Of a stretch of DNA of 64,000 nucleotides, positions 1 through 10,147 are shown one piece after another (positions within the stretch are counted from its first letter, which is position 1; each line of letters begins with the position of its first letter). The DNA is from Vicinamibacteria bacterium (GTDB lineage: Bacteria > Acidobacteriota > Vicinamibacteria > Marinacidobacterales > Marinacidobacteraceae), in assembly GCA_963555995.3 (NCBI GenBank), contig OY821641.1:1664001-1728000 (forward strand), in the 5' to 3' direction. The translations under genes were made by a program, and so were the position numbers. The notes beneath the pieces were generated by a model. That model was not told the origin of the DNA. It made no database searches and was given only the letters and a program-made list of their open reading frames with translations.

Positions 1-92
1 GCGGTACGGCTCATGGGGCGAAATCGTATCCGTGAGGAACGCGGCGTTCTTGTGTGGATAAATAATGTAGTTTTTTATCTGTATAAGAGGCT

Positions 93-101
93 TGGTACAA
101 T
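93..101 (+). promoter_or_regulatory. Extended -10 promoter (TGGTACAAT), probably a leaderless mazEF transcript
   Basis: TG-n-TACAAT ends 6 nt before ATG 108, in an AT-rich patch with no SD sequence. Confidence 0.55.
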
Positions 102-107
102 GGCTAT

Positions 108-368
108 ATGAAAGCTGTACAGATCACTCTGGATGAGGACCTGCTCCGCGACTTCGACGCCGATGATGAAGTCCGACGCAGTGGACGTTCGGCCGTCTTC
201 CGCGCCTTTGCTCGCGAATACCTCCGCCGCCGACGGAGACGGGAAATTCGGGAGCAGTACGCCCGGGCTTACGCCGAAGACGGCGGGCTCGATCCCGACT
301 GGGAGAACTGGGAGGAGCAGGGCGAATGGCCCCCGTGGGAGGATGGCGCCCCCGGGGAGAAAGATTGA
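108..368 (+). CDS. Ribbon-helix-helix (CopG/MazE-like) antitoxin
   Basis: MKAVQITLDEDLL beta-strand/helix RHH pattern and acidic C-terminus; its stop overlaps the toxin ATG (TGATG). Confidence 0.8.
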   Translation: MKAVQITLDEDLLRDFDADDEVRRSGRSAVFRAFAREYLRRRRRREIREQYARAYAEDGGLDPDWENWEEQGEWPPWEDGAPGEKD

Positions 369-727
369 TGGCGGCGCCGGTTCGACGGGGTGACCTCCGC
401 ATGTTTCGCTTCCGTCCGCCCGACAAGGAACGCCCCGTTGTCGTTCTGACCCGTGACGACGTCATCCCCTTTCTCAATGCGGTGATGGTCGCGCCGATCA
501 CGACCGCCGTTCGGGACGTTCCCTCCCAGGTGTTCCTGGACGAGCGGCATGGGTTGAGAACACCGAGCGCGGCGAAGCTGGACTCCGTGATGACGGTGCC
601 CAAGGCACGCCTCGGGCGCTGGATCGCGCGCCTGGGCCGCAAGGAGATGGGCGACATGTGCGAAGCTCTCCGGGTCGCCACCGGATGCGATCCGACGATG
701 ACCTCCGACGAGAGTTGGACCTCCTGA
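368..727 (+). CDS. mazF: MazF/PemK family endoribonuclease toxin
   Basis: RRGD...DKERPVVVLTRD...VMVAPITT PemK signature; coupled to the upstream antitoxin. Confidence 0.9.
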   Translation: MAAPVRRGDLRMFRFRPPDKERPVVVLTRDDVIPFLNAVMVAPITTAVRDVPSQVFLDERHGLRTPSAAKLDSVMTVPKARLGRWIARLGRKEMGDMCEALRVATGCDPTMTSDESWTS

Positions 728-788
728 TGCCCTGCCTCACGAATCGGCGTGGGAGACGGAACGGGTTTGTCGAACAAGGAGCGGCGTC

Positions 789-2462
789 ATGCGCACCCTC
801 TTCTACCTGAGCCTTGCGTCGAGCGCGGGCATCCTCGGAGCCCTCCACCACGCGGCCGCTCAAACCGAACGGCCGCGCGCGCCGGAAGTGGAATCCATCA
901 CCGCCGCCGACCTGCGCGCCGACCTGTTCTTCCTGGCCTCGGACAGCATGCAGGGCCGGCTCAGCGAGACGCCGGAGAACCGCCTCGCCGCGGAGTTCGT
1001 CGCGAGCCGTTTCGCGCGCGCCGGCCTGGACCCTCCCGGGGGTTCGTTCTTCCACAACTACCGCCTCGCGCACGCCGCGCTGGGTAACGGCAACCGGCTG
1101 GAAGTCGTGGGAGAGGTGGTCCGGACAGTGCAACTGCGGGAAGGCTTCTATCCCCAGCGCTTCTCGCCTTCCGCGGAGGCAGAGGGCGCGCTGGCCTTCG
1201 CCGGGTACGGCATCCGGGCGCCTGACTACGGCTGGGACGACTGGGAGGGCGCCGATCTCTCCGGCCGCATCGCCTTGATCCTCGACCACGAACCTGGGGA
1301 GGCGGACCCGGCGAGTCTCTTCGACGGCCTGGTGACCTCGGAACCGTCGCGCGCCTTCCGGAAGGCGGTCGCCGCGGCGGGCGCCGGCGCGGCGGGAGTG
1401 CTCTTCGTCCGCGACGTCCACCAGCACCCCGGCGGCTTCGACTTCGCCGCGAGCGCGGCCGGCGCCTGGCCGGACCCGCCCCGGCGGGTCCCCCGCATCA
1501 CGCTTGCCGAATGGGTGGAAGCCGTCGAGATTCCTGCGGCGGTGATCTCACCGCGGGTGGCCGAGATCCTGCTGGCGGGAAGCGGCCACAGTCTGGCGAG
1601 TCTGGGCGCGATGGCGGACGGCGGCATGAGCGCGCCGCTCCTGCTCGATACCCGGGTTCGGCTCGCCACCGCGGTCACCCGCACCACCACGCCCGACCGG
1701 AACGTGGTGGGTCTCCTGCGCGGCAGCGAGGCTCCCGACGAGTGGATCATCCTCTGCGCCCACTACGACCACAACGGCGCCGACGGCAACCTTGTCTGGC
1801 CCGGCGCCGATGACGACGGCTCCGGCACGGTCGCGCTCATCGAGATCGCCGAGGCGCTGGGGCGCGCCGCCGCCCGCGGCGAACGGCCCCGCCGCTCGAT
1901 CCTGCTCGCGGGCTGGAACTCCGAGGAACGCGGGCTGCTGGGCGCCTGGGCCTACACCCTGAATCCCCTGAACCCGCTGGACCGGACCGTCGCGGTGCTC
2001 AACATGGACATGATCGGGCGGAACGAGGAAGTCCGGCGCGGGGGCGGGAGACGTTTCCGGGGCCTCGCACCCCAGACGGCCGCGTCGAACGCCAACGCCG
2101 TGAACGTCCTCGGCCACAGCTACAGCCGCACGATGACGGAGATGGTGCGGGCGGCGAACCGGGAATCCGAACTCGACCTCAAGATGCGCTACGACAACAA
2201 CGAGTCCAATCTACTCCGCCGTAGCGATCAGTGGCCGTTCCTGCAGACCGGCGTCCCTGCCCTGTTTTTCCACACCGGGCTCCACCCGGACTACCACACG
2301 ATCTACGACCGGCCGGAGAAGATCGAATACGAGAAGCTGGGACGGATCGTCCGGCTCGTGTACCAGCTCGCCTGGGACCTCGCGGACTCCGAGGTGCAGC
2401 CCGATTTCACCGGCCCGAACCGGGGTTCCGCTTTGCCCGCCGCGACCGGCCCCGGCCGCTGA
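789..2462 (+). CDS. Secreted M28 family metallopeptidase with PA domain
   Basis: Signal peptide; motifs AHYDH, GADDDGSG, SEERGLLG, LNMDMIG, RSDQ, DYH. Confidence 0.92.
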   Translation: MRTLFYLSLASSAGILGALHHAAAQTERPRAPEVESITAADLRADLFFLASDSMQGRLSETPENRLAAEFVASRFARAGLDPPGGSFFHNYRLAHAALGNGNRLEVVGEVVRTVQLREGFYPQRFSPSAEAEGALAFAGYGIRAPDYGWDDWEGADLSGRIALILDHEPGEADPASLFDGLVTSEPSRAFRKAVAAAGAGAAGVLFVRDVHQHPGGFDFAASAAGAWPDPPRRVPRITLAEWVEAVEIPAAVISPRVAEILLAGSGHSLASLGAMADGGMSAPLLLDTRVRLATAVTRTTTPDRNVVGLLRGSEAPDEWIILCAHYDHNGADGNLVWPGADDDGSGTVALIEIAEALGRAAARGERPRRSILLAGWNSEERGLLGAWAYTLNPLNPLDRTVAVLNMDMIGRNEEVRRGGGRRFRGLAPQTAASNANAVNVLGHSYSRTMTEMVRAANRESELDLKMRYDNNESNLLRRSDQWPFLQTGVPALFFHTGLHPDYHTIYDRPEKIEYEKLGRIVRLVYQLAWDLADSEVQPDFTGPNRGSALPAATGPGR

Positions 2463-2474
2463 GGAGATCCCCTG

Positions 2475-3653
2475 ATGCGAAGCGACCTGACGCTGCTCCC
2501 GGCGCACGGCTGGATCCTGGCGGCGGCCATCGCCGCCGGGTGCGCGGCCCCGGAAACCGAGTCGGAGCAAGCCGGAGCGGGCGCGGTCCCGCCCGCGCCG
2601 CTCGAGGCGGACCACTTCGTGCCGTCGTCCCCGGAGAACGTGAGTTGGGGCTGGTTCCCGATCGACAAGCAACCCGTGCTCCGGGTCCAGCCCGGCGAGA
2701 CCGTCCGGATGGACACCCTCACGCACTCCGGCGCGGTCCAGGATGAGGACCCGGTCACGTGGCTCACCGCCCTCGGCGTGCCGCGCGAGGAGATCCATCA
2801 GGACATCCTGGACTTCTGGGCCTCCCGGGAGGGACGGCCCCGCGAAGGCCGGAGCGGCCACGTCATCACTGGCCCGATCTACATCGAGGGCGCCGAGCCC
2901 GGCGACATGCTCGAGATCGAGATCCTTTCCATCGAGACCCGATCCCCCTGGGGCGTCAACAACACCTCAGCCCGGGGTGGGGTCTTCTCCGAGAGCTATC
3001 CCGGGTTCCGCCCGGACGACCCGGCGCTGGACATCCCGCCGGGAACCCGCCACCTCATCCGGACCGGCTGGACGGACGGGCGCGAAGTCGCCTTCCTCGC
3101 CGAGGACATCCACGTTCCGCTGGTCCCCTTCATGGGGATCCTCGCGGTGGCCCCCGATCCGGTCGTCGGGCAGCCCGGCGTGACTGTCCCCGGCGTCCAG
3201 GGTTCGCGGCCCCCGGGAGCGTTCGGCGGCAACCTCGACGTGAAGGACCTGAAAGCGGGGACCACCGTTTATCTCCCGGTCTTCCACCCCGGCGCCCTCT
3301 TCTATGCCGGCGACCCGCACGGCGCCCAGGGCGACGGCGAGGTCAGCGGCACCGCGATCGAGCAGTCGCTGAGCGGCGTGTTCCGCTTCGCCGTCCACAG
3401 GGGACGCGCCCCATCCTCCCCCCGGGCGGAGGACGACGAGTACTACATGGTGATGGGGATTGATCTCGACCTGGACCGCGCCGCCCGGCAGGCGACCTGG
3501 GAGGTGGTGGAGTTCCTCGGCGAAGAAAAGGGCCTCTCCCCCGCCAAGGCGCTCTCCCTCGCCAGCATCGCGGTGGACTTCCGCGTGAGCGAGGTCGTGG
3601 ACCTCACCCAGGTCGTCACCGGATACATCCCCAAGTACATCTTCGTACGGTGA
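2475..3653 (+). CDS. Acetamidase/formamidase family lipoprotein
   Basis: GHVITGPIYIEGAEPGD, FGGNLD, GDPHGAQGDGEVSGTAIE; lipobox-like IAAGC. Confidence 0.9.
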   Translation: MRSDLTLLPAHGWILAAAIAAGCAAPETESEQAGAGAVPPAPLEADHFVPSSPENVSWGWFPIDKQPVLRVQPGETVRMDTLTHSGAVQDEDPVTWLTALGVPREEIHQDILDFWASREGRPREGRSGHVITGPIYIEGAEPGDMLEIEILSIETRSPWGVNNTSARGGVFSESYPGFRPDDPALDIPPGTRHLIRTGWTDGREVAFLAEDIHVPLVPFMGILAVAPDPVVGQPGVTVPGVQGSRPPGAFGGNLDVKDLKAGTTVYLPVFHPGALFYAGDPHGAQGDGEVSGTAIEQSLSGVFRFAVHRGRAPSSPRAEDDEYYMVMGIDLDLDRAARQATWEVVEFLGEEKGLSPAKALSLASIAVDFRVSEVVDLTQVVTGYIPKYIFVR

Positions 3654-3669
3654 CGTGCAATCCCCACTT

Positions 3670-3694
3670 GAAACACCGGTCTCCAGACCGGCAC
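3670..3694 (+). repeat. REP palindrome variant
   Basis: GAAACACCGGTCTCCAGACCGGCAC, related to the REPs at 39734 and 51347. Confidence 0.7.
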
Positions 3695-3854
3695 CGCGGC
3701 GCTCCGCTCCGCGCCGCGCCGCGCCAATTCGCCCTACTCCACCGCCCGCGCGGAACACCGGGCGCACAGGTTCACCCCGGCTGATCGGCGCTCGACTGCC
3801 GTGCGTTTTCCAGAACACCACACTAGCAACACCGAATCAACGAAAGGAACGTCC

Positions 3855-4154
3855 ATGCCTGCCTACGTAGTGGCGATGATCCAGGTCCACGATCCCGAGA
3901 TCTACCGGAAGTACACCGACCGGACCCCGGCCACCCTGAAGAAGCACGGGGGCCGCTTCGTGACCCGCGGCGGCGCCGTCACCGCCCTCGAAGGCGACGG
4001 GTTCGACGGACGGATGGTCATCCTGGAGTTCCCCGACCGGGCCTCCGCCGAAGCGTGGTACGCGGATCCCGAATACGTCCAGGCGAGGACCTTCCGCCAC
4101 GCGGCCTCGAGCGCGAAGCTCTTCGTATTGCAGGAGGGCGGGCCGGGCGCCTGA
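3855..4154 (+). CDS. DUF1330 family protein
   Basis: MPAYVV...HGGRFVTRGG...LEG...VILEFPD...AWY..PEY; SD-like AAAGGA upstream. Confidence 0.88.
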   Translation: MPAYVVAMIQVHDPEIYRKYTDRTPATLKKHGGRFVTRGGAVTALEGDGFDGRMVILEFPDRASAEAWYADPEYVQARTFRHAASSAKLFVLQEGGPGA

Positions 4155-4172
4155 AATCGGTGGCCGTGAGGT

Positions 4173-7100
4173 TCACCCGGTCCGGAGCGACTCCAGGATC
4201 GGGCGGTTGGCCGCCGCGCGGGCGGCGAACGCGCCCGCTCCCAACCCGAACGCAAGGATTCCCGCCAGGAGCAGCATCAGCAGCACGATGCTGCCGCCGG
4301 CGTCGCGCTGCCCGAGCACCGGCAGGATCGCGATGACGGCGGCGGCGCTGCCGGCGGCGAGCCCGGCGGCGAGCAGGAGCGCGTTCTCCCAGAAGCCCAG
4401 CTCCGCGAAGTCCCGCCGCCGGTAGCCGGCGGCGCTCAGGAGCGCCCACTCCTGCCGCCGCTCGTCCGCGTTCCGCAGCAGCACCGCCCCGAGCCCGAAC
4501 GTCCCGAGCAGCAGCCCGAGACCCCCGAGCGCCTGGAACGTGGAGAGGTACGTGTTCTCGACCTGGTGGAACTCCGCGAGCCGGGCGCGGGTGGACGTCG
4601 TGACGGCGCCGTAGTCGAGGAGTGCGCTGGTCACCATGCGGTCAGCCGCGGTTTCCGCGGCGAGGAGCGCCTCTTCGCCCCGCGGCGCCTCCTTCCAGTC
4701 GGTGAGGAAGAGCCGATAGCCGTCCGCAGCGGGCAGTGTCTCGAGCAGGTCCTCCTCCGCCATCAGCAGTTCTCCCTGGAAGAGGCTGTCCCAGAGCGTT
4801 CCCACGAGCCGGAGCCGGACCGGGGCGCCCCCCTCTCCGATGGGAAAGACGCGTTCCTCCCCGACCGGCCACTTGAGCACGTAGGTCATGGAGTTCTGGT
4901 CCCCGATCACCGGAATCGCCTCTCCCGGCCCGCGGTCCCGCCACAGCAGGCGCCAGGGGTTCTCGTTTTCCTCGGGGCTATCGCCGAGGTGGGCGCCGAA
5001 AGGAAAGCGGTTCTCCTCCGCGAGGTCCCTCGGAAAGCCGATCACTCGGGGCCGTGAGGGAACGTAGAGGTTCAGGCAGCTCGCGTCCTCGTCGCCGGCC
5101 AGTCGCAGGGGCCGGATGCGGAATTCGGCGAGGTCCGGCGGCAGCAGGGCGAACGGCGTGTCGCTGTCCCGGTCGCTCGGGTCCCACGGCGAACCGAAGG
5201 CGGTCTCGGTGATGGAGACGAAGCCTCCGGTCCCCGGGGGGAGGGTTCCCGGTTCGGACCGTTTCCGGAACGCTTCGACCGCGACCAGCGTGAACGCCGC
5301 GAACGCCACCAGGATCATGGCCGCGAGACTGCGCCCCGGCCGGAACGTGGTGGCGCGGAAGGCCAAGCCGCGCAGACCCGCACGCCTCGGGCCGGAGGCG
5401 GCGCGCCGCCCCGGATCGGCCAGACCCTTCAGGCGCGACCACGCCGCCAGGAACGCCGTCAGGAGGAGCGCCGCGCCCGCTCCGAAGAAGCCGCCGGCCT
5501 CCGGGATCGCCTCCGCAACGCCGAGCCCGAGAAGCGCCAGGCCAGCCGCCCCGGTGACCACGGCCCAGCGCCGGGCCCCCGCACCGGGGGAACGCGCGGG
5601 CGTCAGCCCCGGCCAGCCCGCGAGTTCTCCCGCCGGTCTCCCGGCGAGGAGGCTGCGCGGAGAACAGCGGACGAGCTTCCTCAGGGTCCACCAGGCGGCC
5701 CCCAGGGCCATCACGATCCCGGAATACCCGCCGGCGAGCACCGAAGACCACCTTACGGACACGGCCAGGGCGCTCCCCGGCGTTCCACTGCCGGGATCCG
5801 TGGAGAGGGTTCCGGCGACGGCGCCCTCCCAGACGCCCGAAAGCAGGCCGATCATTCCGGTGGCGTAGGCGATTCCCACGAACGCCCCCACCACCGCCCC
5901 GGCGGACGCGACGACGGCGGCCTCGAGCATCAGGCTTCGGGAAACCCGGCGCGGCGACCAGCCGCACGCGAGCAGCATGCCGATCTCCCGAAGCCGGCGC
6001 TCCACCCCCAGCCGGTAGAGGAGCGCCAGCAGCACGAACGCCGAGACCAGCAGGAAGTACGAGAAATAGAGGAAGTAGAGCCCGAAGTCCGTGGCCCCCC
6101 GGGAAGCTTCGAGACCCTGCTCGCGGACCGGCAGGGGCGCGAGGCCGAAGTCCTCCGCGGGGAGAGCCGCGCGGAGGGCGTCGGCAAGCTCCGTCGCGCC
6201 CGGCGCTCCCTCCGCGGGGACGAGGCGGACCGAGGTCGCGCTTCCCTGCCGCATCGTCCAGAGCCGCTCCGCCACCGGAAGGGGAACGAACGCCTTGGGG
6301 AGGGTCCGGAACTCCTCCCAGTAGAGCTCGTCGCGCTCCCGGATGCGGCTCAGGTCCACCGGGAAGGGCGGGTCCCAGTCACCCATCCGGGCCGAGTCGC
6401 TCACCCCCGGGAACTCGGGCGCCAGGGTCGGGTCCGTGAAGAGGGTGTCCCCCGCAACCACCGGCCCGGCCACGAACGATGCCGTGTCGGAGTGAAAGCG
6501 GCCCTGCTCCTCCCAGACCAGAAACGACAGGTCGAGCCGGTCCCCGGGGCCGAGCCCGAGATCCTCCGCCAGCCAGGGGCCGGGATACAGCACGTTCTCG
6601 CCGCTCTCCCGCCCGTTCCCCGGGAGCAGGGCTGCCGGAACTCCGCTGACGAGCGAATAGGGGGTCTCCCGGCCGGCGGAACGGATCGAGGTGGCCAGGT
6701 AGGTCAGCACGGGGGCGGCGGCGACTTCCGTCCGCTCGGCCGCCGCCAGCGCCCCGGCGACCACCCCGTCCGCAAGCACCAGGCTGCGGCTCTCGAGGAC
6801 GAACCCGCCTCCCGCCGCTCCGGTCAGGCTCAGGCCGCGGTCGTCGAGGGAACTGCTCCCGGCGAGGGCGGCCGCCAGCGCCGCGGCCGCTTCTTCGGGA
6901 CCGCCGCCCCCCTGCCCCGAGGCGCGGATCAGGAGCGCGTTCGCGCGCGGCGGAGCCGCCGCGCCGCGCCGCCCTGCCTCGGAGCCGTCCACCACCCGGT
7001 GCAGATCGTCCAGCGGCAGGAACACCGCGCGGGACGCCCCCTGCTCCGGGAAGAGCGCGAAATCACCCGAGCCCACCCCGGGCGCCGGGTTCGGCCACGC

Positions 7101-7664
7101 CGCCACCTGGCGCCGAACGGTGATGCCCGCGTCGTCCTTTTCGCCGAAGAGGGAGGCCGCCGCAACCTCCTCGTGGCCCCCGATCCCGACCAGCAGCCCG
7201 TCGCCGGGAACGAAGCCGAGGCGCCGGAGACCGCTGCTGATCCGGGCGGTCCCCGGCTCGATCACGTCTTCCAGCCCGTGGAACGCGAAGTAGCGCTCGT
7301 CCACCCCGAAGACGGTCGCCGGCACCGCCCGGCCGTCGGGCGCCGCCACGGTGCCCGGCAGCCGGTAGATCGGAACCGCGGGTTCGAACCGTTCCCGGTA
7401 GTCCTCCCGCGCCCCCAGCCGGGCGGCGAGGCCGGTGTCCGGGTCGTCCGAGAAGGGGTGCAGCGGGAGGACCGCGTAGTCGGTGGCTCCGAGGCGCTCG
7501 GTGAAGGCCGCCCGCAGGCTGCCCCGGACCGAATCCCCGACCACCAGCGCGCCGACGAGCACCGCGACCGCCACGGCGGTGGCGACGGCGACGAGGACGT
7601 GTTCGCGGAAGTAGTGCCGGAGACCGCGCCGGGCGAACGGGACTGCCCCAAAGGGAGTGGCCAT
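4173..7664 (-). CDS. Large FtsX/LolE-type ABC transporter permease (two permease repeats)
   Basis: 1163 aa; two TM clusters with ERRLREIGMLLACGW and ERRQEWALLSAAGY motifs. Confidence 0.88.
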   Translation of the reverse strand: MATPFGAVPFARRGLRHYFREHVLVAVATAVAVAVLVGALVVGDSVRGSLRAAFTERLGATDYAVLPLHPFSDDPDTGLAARLGAREDYRERFEPAVPIYRLPGTVAAPDGRAVPATVFGVDERYFAFHGLEDVIEPGTARISSGLRRLGFVPGDGLLVGIGGHEEVAAASLFGEKDDAGITVRRQVAAWPNPAPGVGSGDFALFPEQGASRAVFLPLDDLHRVVDGSEAGRRGAAAPPRANALLIRASGQGGGGPEEAAAALAAALAGSSSLDDRGLSLTGAAGGGFVLESRSLVLADGVVAGALAAAERTEVAAAPVLTYLATSIRSAGRETPYSLVSGVPAALLPGNGRESGENVLYPGPWLAEDLGLGPGDRLDLSFLVWEEQGRFHSDTASFVAGPVVAGDTLFTDPTLAPEFPGVSDSARMGDWDPPFPVDLSRIRERDELYWEEFRTLPKAFVPLPVAERLWTMRQGSATSVRLVPAEGAPGATELADALRAALPAEDFGLAPLPVREQGLEASRGATDFGLYFLYFSYFLLVSAFVLLALLYRLGVERRLREIGMLLACGWSPRRVSRSLMLEAAVVASAGAVVGAFVGIAYATGMIGLLSGVWEGAVAGTLSTDPGSGTPGSALAVSVRWSSVLAGGYSGIVMALGAAWWTLRKLVRCSPRSLLAGRPAGELAGWPGLTPARSPGAGARRWAVVTGAAGLALLGLGVAEAIPEAGGFFGAGAALLLTAFLAAWSRLKGLADPGRRAASGPRRAGLRGLAFRATTFRPGRSLAAMILVAFAAFTLVAVEAFRKRSEPGTLPPGTGGFVSITETAFGSPWDPSDRDSDTPFALLPPDLAEFRIRPLRLAGDEDASCLNLYVPSRPRVIGFPRDLAEENRFPFGAHLGDSPEENENPWRLLWRDRGPGEAIPVIGDQNSMTYVLKWPVGEERVFPIGEGGAPVRLRLVGTLWDSLFQGELLMAEEDLLETLPAADGYRLFLTDWKEAPRGEEALLAAETAADRMVTSALLDYGAVTTSTRARLAEFHQVENTYLSTFQALGGLGLLLGTFGLGAVLLRNADERRQEWALLSAAGYRRRDFAELGFWENALLLAAGLAAGSAAAVIAILPVLGQRDAGGSIVLLMLLLAGILAFGLGAGAFAARAAANRPILESLRTG

Positions 7665-7670
7665 GCGTGG

Positions 7671-8375
7671 CTAGCCGTCCGTGAGCCGGCCCCCCTGCAT
7701 CCGGTAGCGCCTCGGGAACCGGTTTCCGAGATCCGCGTCGTGGGTTACGAGAACAACGATCCGGCCCTCGTCGAGCGCCCCCGCCTCGAGCAGGAGGTCC
7801 GCGACGCCCGCCGCGGATGCGCCGTCCAGATTGCCGGTGGGCTCGTCGCAGAGCAGGAGTCGCGGGGCTCGGATCAGGGCGCGCGCGATGGCCACCCGCT
7901 GCTTCTCACCGCCGGACAGCTCCGCCGGGAGATGCGCCAGCCGTCCGGAGAGCCCCACCCGGTCCAGCAGTTCCGCGGCGCGCGCGGCGTCGTCCGGGCG
8001 CGGGTCGGGGAGGGTCGGCGCCAGCACGTTCTCGAGGGCGGTGCACTGCGGCAGGAGGCAGTGGTCCTGGAACACGAACCCCACCCGGTCCCGGCGGAAC
8101 CCGGCCTGGTCGTCGGGCGCGAGTTCGTGCGGGTCCACGCCGTCGAGGCGCACCTCGCCGTCGGAGGGCGCCTCGATGGCCCCGAGCACGAAGAGCAGCG
8201 TGCTCTTCCCGCAGCCCGACGCGCCCATCACCGACGCGGCCTCCCCGGGTCCGAGCGCCAGGTCCACCCCGTCCAGCACCCGGAGCAGGCCCGCCGGGGC
8301 CGGGTAGTCCTTGACGAGGCCCGCGACCCGGAGGCCGTGCTCGCCGCCTCCGGCGGCCGATTCTCCGGTCGTCAC
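7671..8375 (-). CDS. LolD/MacB-type ABC transporter ATP-binding protein
   Basis: Walker A GASGCGKS, signature LSGGEKQRVAIARAL, DEPTGNLD, H-loop VTHD. Confidence 0.95.
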   Translation of the reverse strand: MTTGESAAGGGEHGLRVAGLVKDYPAPAGLLRVLDGVDLALGPGEAASVMGASGCGKSTLLFVLGAIEAPSDGEVRLDGVDPHELAPDDQAGFRRDRVGFVFQDHCLLPQCTALENVLAPTLPDPRPDDAARAAELLDRVGLSGRLAHLPAELSGGEKQRVAIARALIRAPRLLLCDEPTGNLDGASAAGVADLLLEAGALDEGRIVVLVTHDADLGNRFPRRYRMQGGRLTDG

Positions 8376-8378
8376 CGA

Positions 8379-9800
8379 TCAGGCGGTCTGGAAGGCGCGC
8401 GCCCGGTAGAGGACGTCGAGGATGTTCCCCTCGTGCGGCTGGAGCCAGTTGAGTCGGGTGGTCGGGATCGGCCCGAAGTTCAGCCGGTCAATCGAGGTCG
8501 TCTCCAGCAGGTCGGCGCGGAAGGCCGCGTCCTCCGTAATGGCGGTCGCCACCAAGGTGTCCCCGATGTGCGTCAGCATCTCCTCCTGCGGGCAGCGCAC
8601 CACCGAGACGAACGGGAACATGTACTCCACGTTGGCCGCGGCCGCTTCCGGACTCTCGCAGTGGACGACCGTCGGCCGCAGCCAGGAGGCGCGTCCGTCC
8701 TGCGTGAGGCGCGGCCCGTCGCGCCGGGGCGCGGTGAGGTCCGTCGCCCCGCCCCCGCCGAGACGCTCCTCGATGTCCCGGTCAATCGCCTCGGCCATGC
8801 CCGGAACCGTGAAGGCGGCGAGCGCGCTCTCCGGGTCCTCCGGCGGCAGCGGCGCGACCGGGGCGAGGCGCTCCGCGAGGGCGGCGGCGATCTCTTCGGT
8901 ATGCCGTGAGGCCCAGACCCCCGAACAGGAGATGCAGCTCCGCCCGCTGTTGAGAAAGACGCTCTCGAAGAGGACGTCGAGGTGCTCTTCCCAGCGGTCC
9001 ACTACGTCGTCGCCCAGCAGGATCTTGGAGAACCCGGGACCGTGGACCCGGACCGACGGGTTGCTGCGGTACCGCTCGACGGTCGCCCGGCTCCCGAAGA
9101 TGAGCGTCCTGGGGGCGGCTTCGACGACGGCCGCGCCCACCTCGGCGCCCCCGGGATAGACGGCGATCGCTTCCCGCGGAATCCCGGCGGCGAAGAACGC
9201 CTCCGCCATGCGGTACGGGGTCCACGGCTCCTCCGGCCCCGGTTTGAGGACCAGGCCGATCTGCAGCGGGATCACCGGCAGCCAGAGGGTGTGGACCCCC
9301 GGCGAGTTCGACGGCAGCACGCAGGCGAGCACCGGGGTCTGCGCCTGGTAGGAGATCGGGACGCCGCGCTCCTCGATCCCGTGGCCGGCGGAGAGAACGT
9401 CGAGGTCGAGCCCGCGGGTGAGCGCGTCGAGGACCTGGTCCATCCGCTCCAGCACGAAGCGGTTCTTTTCCATGTTCGCCCGGCACATCGCCTCGGGCAG
9501 ACCGGTGGTGGCCGACTGGGCGTGCACGAACTCCTCGGGCGTCTGGACCCCGTCGCCGAGCGGCAGGTCGGCTTCCATGTAGAGCCGGGCGGCCTCCCGG
9601 ATGCGGTCCAGCAGTTCCCGGATCGGGAGCTCCCGGAGCGCCGCCCGCGCCCGTCCCGCGCGGCGCAGGTCGCGCTTGACGATCCCGGCGGTCGCCTGGT
9701 CCACCTCCGCGATCGGTTCGCCGGTCAGGAAGTGGGAGACGGTCGTCGTCTCGAGACTCCGGTAGGGCTTTCCCCAGCGGAGGACGGGAACTCGGATCAC
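8379..9800 (-). CDS. Aldehyde dehydrogenase-fold protein, GriD/EhpG/LuxC-like acyl reductase
   Basis: PSNSP, LKPG, catalytic-type NSGRSCIS and EYMFP; HGPGFSK replaces ELGG. Start taken at GTG 9800; the longer ORF runs through a repeat. Confidence 0.8.
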   Translation of the reverse strand: MIRVPVLRWGKPYRSLETTTVSHFLTGEPIAEVDQATAGIVKRDLRRAGRARAALRELPIRELLDRIREAARLYMEADLPLGDGVQTPEEFVHAQSATTGLPEAMCRANMEKNRFVLERMDQVLDALTRGLDLDVLSAGHGIEERGVPISYQAQTPVLACVLPSNSPGVHTLWLPVIPLQIGLVLKPGPEEPWTPYRMAEAFFAAGIPREAIAVYPGGAEVGAAVVEAAPRTLIFGSRATVERYRSNPSVRVHGPGFSKILLGDDVVDRWEEHLDVLFESVFLNSGRSCISCSGVWASRHTEEIAAALAERLAPVAPLPPEDPESALAAFTVPGMAEAIDRDIEERLGGGGATDLTAPRRDGPRLTQDGRASWLRPTVVHCESPEAAAANVEYMFPFVSVVRCPQEEMLTHIGDTLVATAITEDAAFRADLLETTSIDRLNFGPIPTTRLNWLQPHEGNILDVLYRARAFQTA

Positions 9801-9836
9801 GCGGCGAGGGAGTGTAGCCGGGTGGGAGGGGAGCAA

Positions 9837-9999
9837 GGGAGCGCCGCTCTTCAGAGCGGCACAGCGGGCCGAAGGCCCGCGGATGTTGTGTCGCTGTCCG
9901 CGGTGATGAACCGGGAGGAGAGCGCCACCGCGCCGGCCAGCGTCGTGCCGTGCGCTGCGCGCTCGCGCAGCGCGTGCCGGTCTGAAGACCGGCGCTCCC
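9837..9999. repeat. REPIN (~163 bp, inverted REP pair with internal hairpins), copy 1
   Basis: GGGAGCGCCGCTCTTCAGAGCGGCAC ... GTGCCGGTCTGAAGACCGGCGCTCCC; homologous to the copies at 14257, 29035, 56939, 57191 and 57436. Confidence 0.9.
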
Positions 10000-10147
10000 A
10001 GGCGTTCCCGCTGCGTTGACGGCGGTGGGTGGAACAGGGCCGGGCGGCAGCGGCCGGAAGCGGGTGGAAGAAGCGTGGATGGCGTCCCGCGGGCATGGCT
10101 GGTACCTTGGCGGGCCGTCTTCACTCCCTGAATCGAGGAGCTTTCCG

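Noticed and set aside
9801-10124. N-terminal extension of the ALDH ORF, and similar REP-spanning ORFs at 27206-29218 and 56918-57735
   Set aside because: These are translations through REPIN sequence, giving recurring RRSSDRH / AGLKTGAP peptides rather than protein domains
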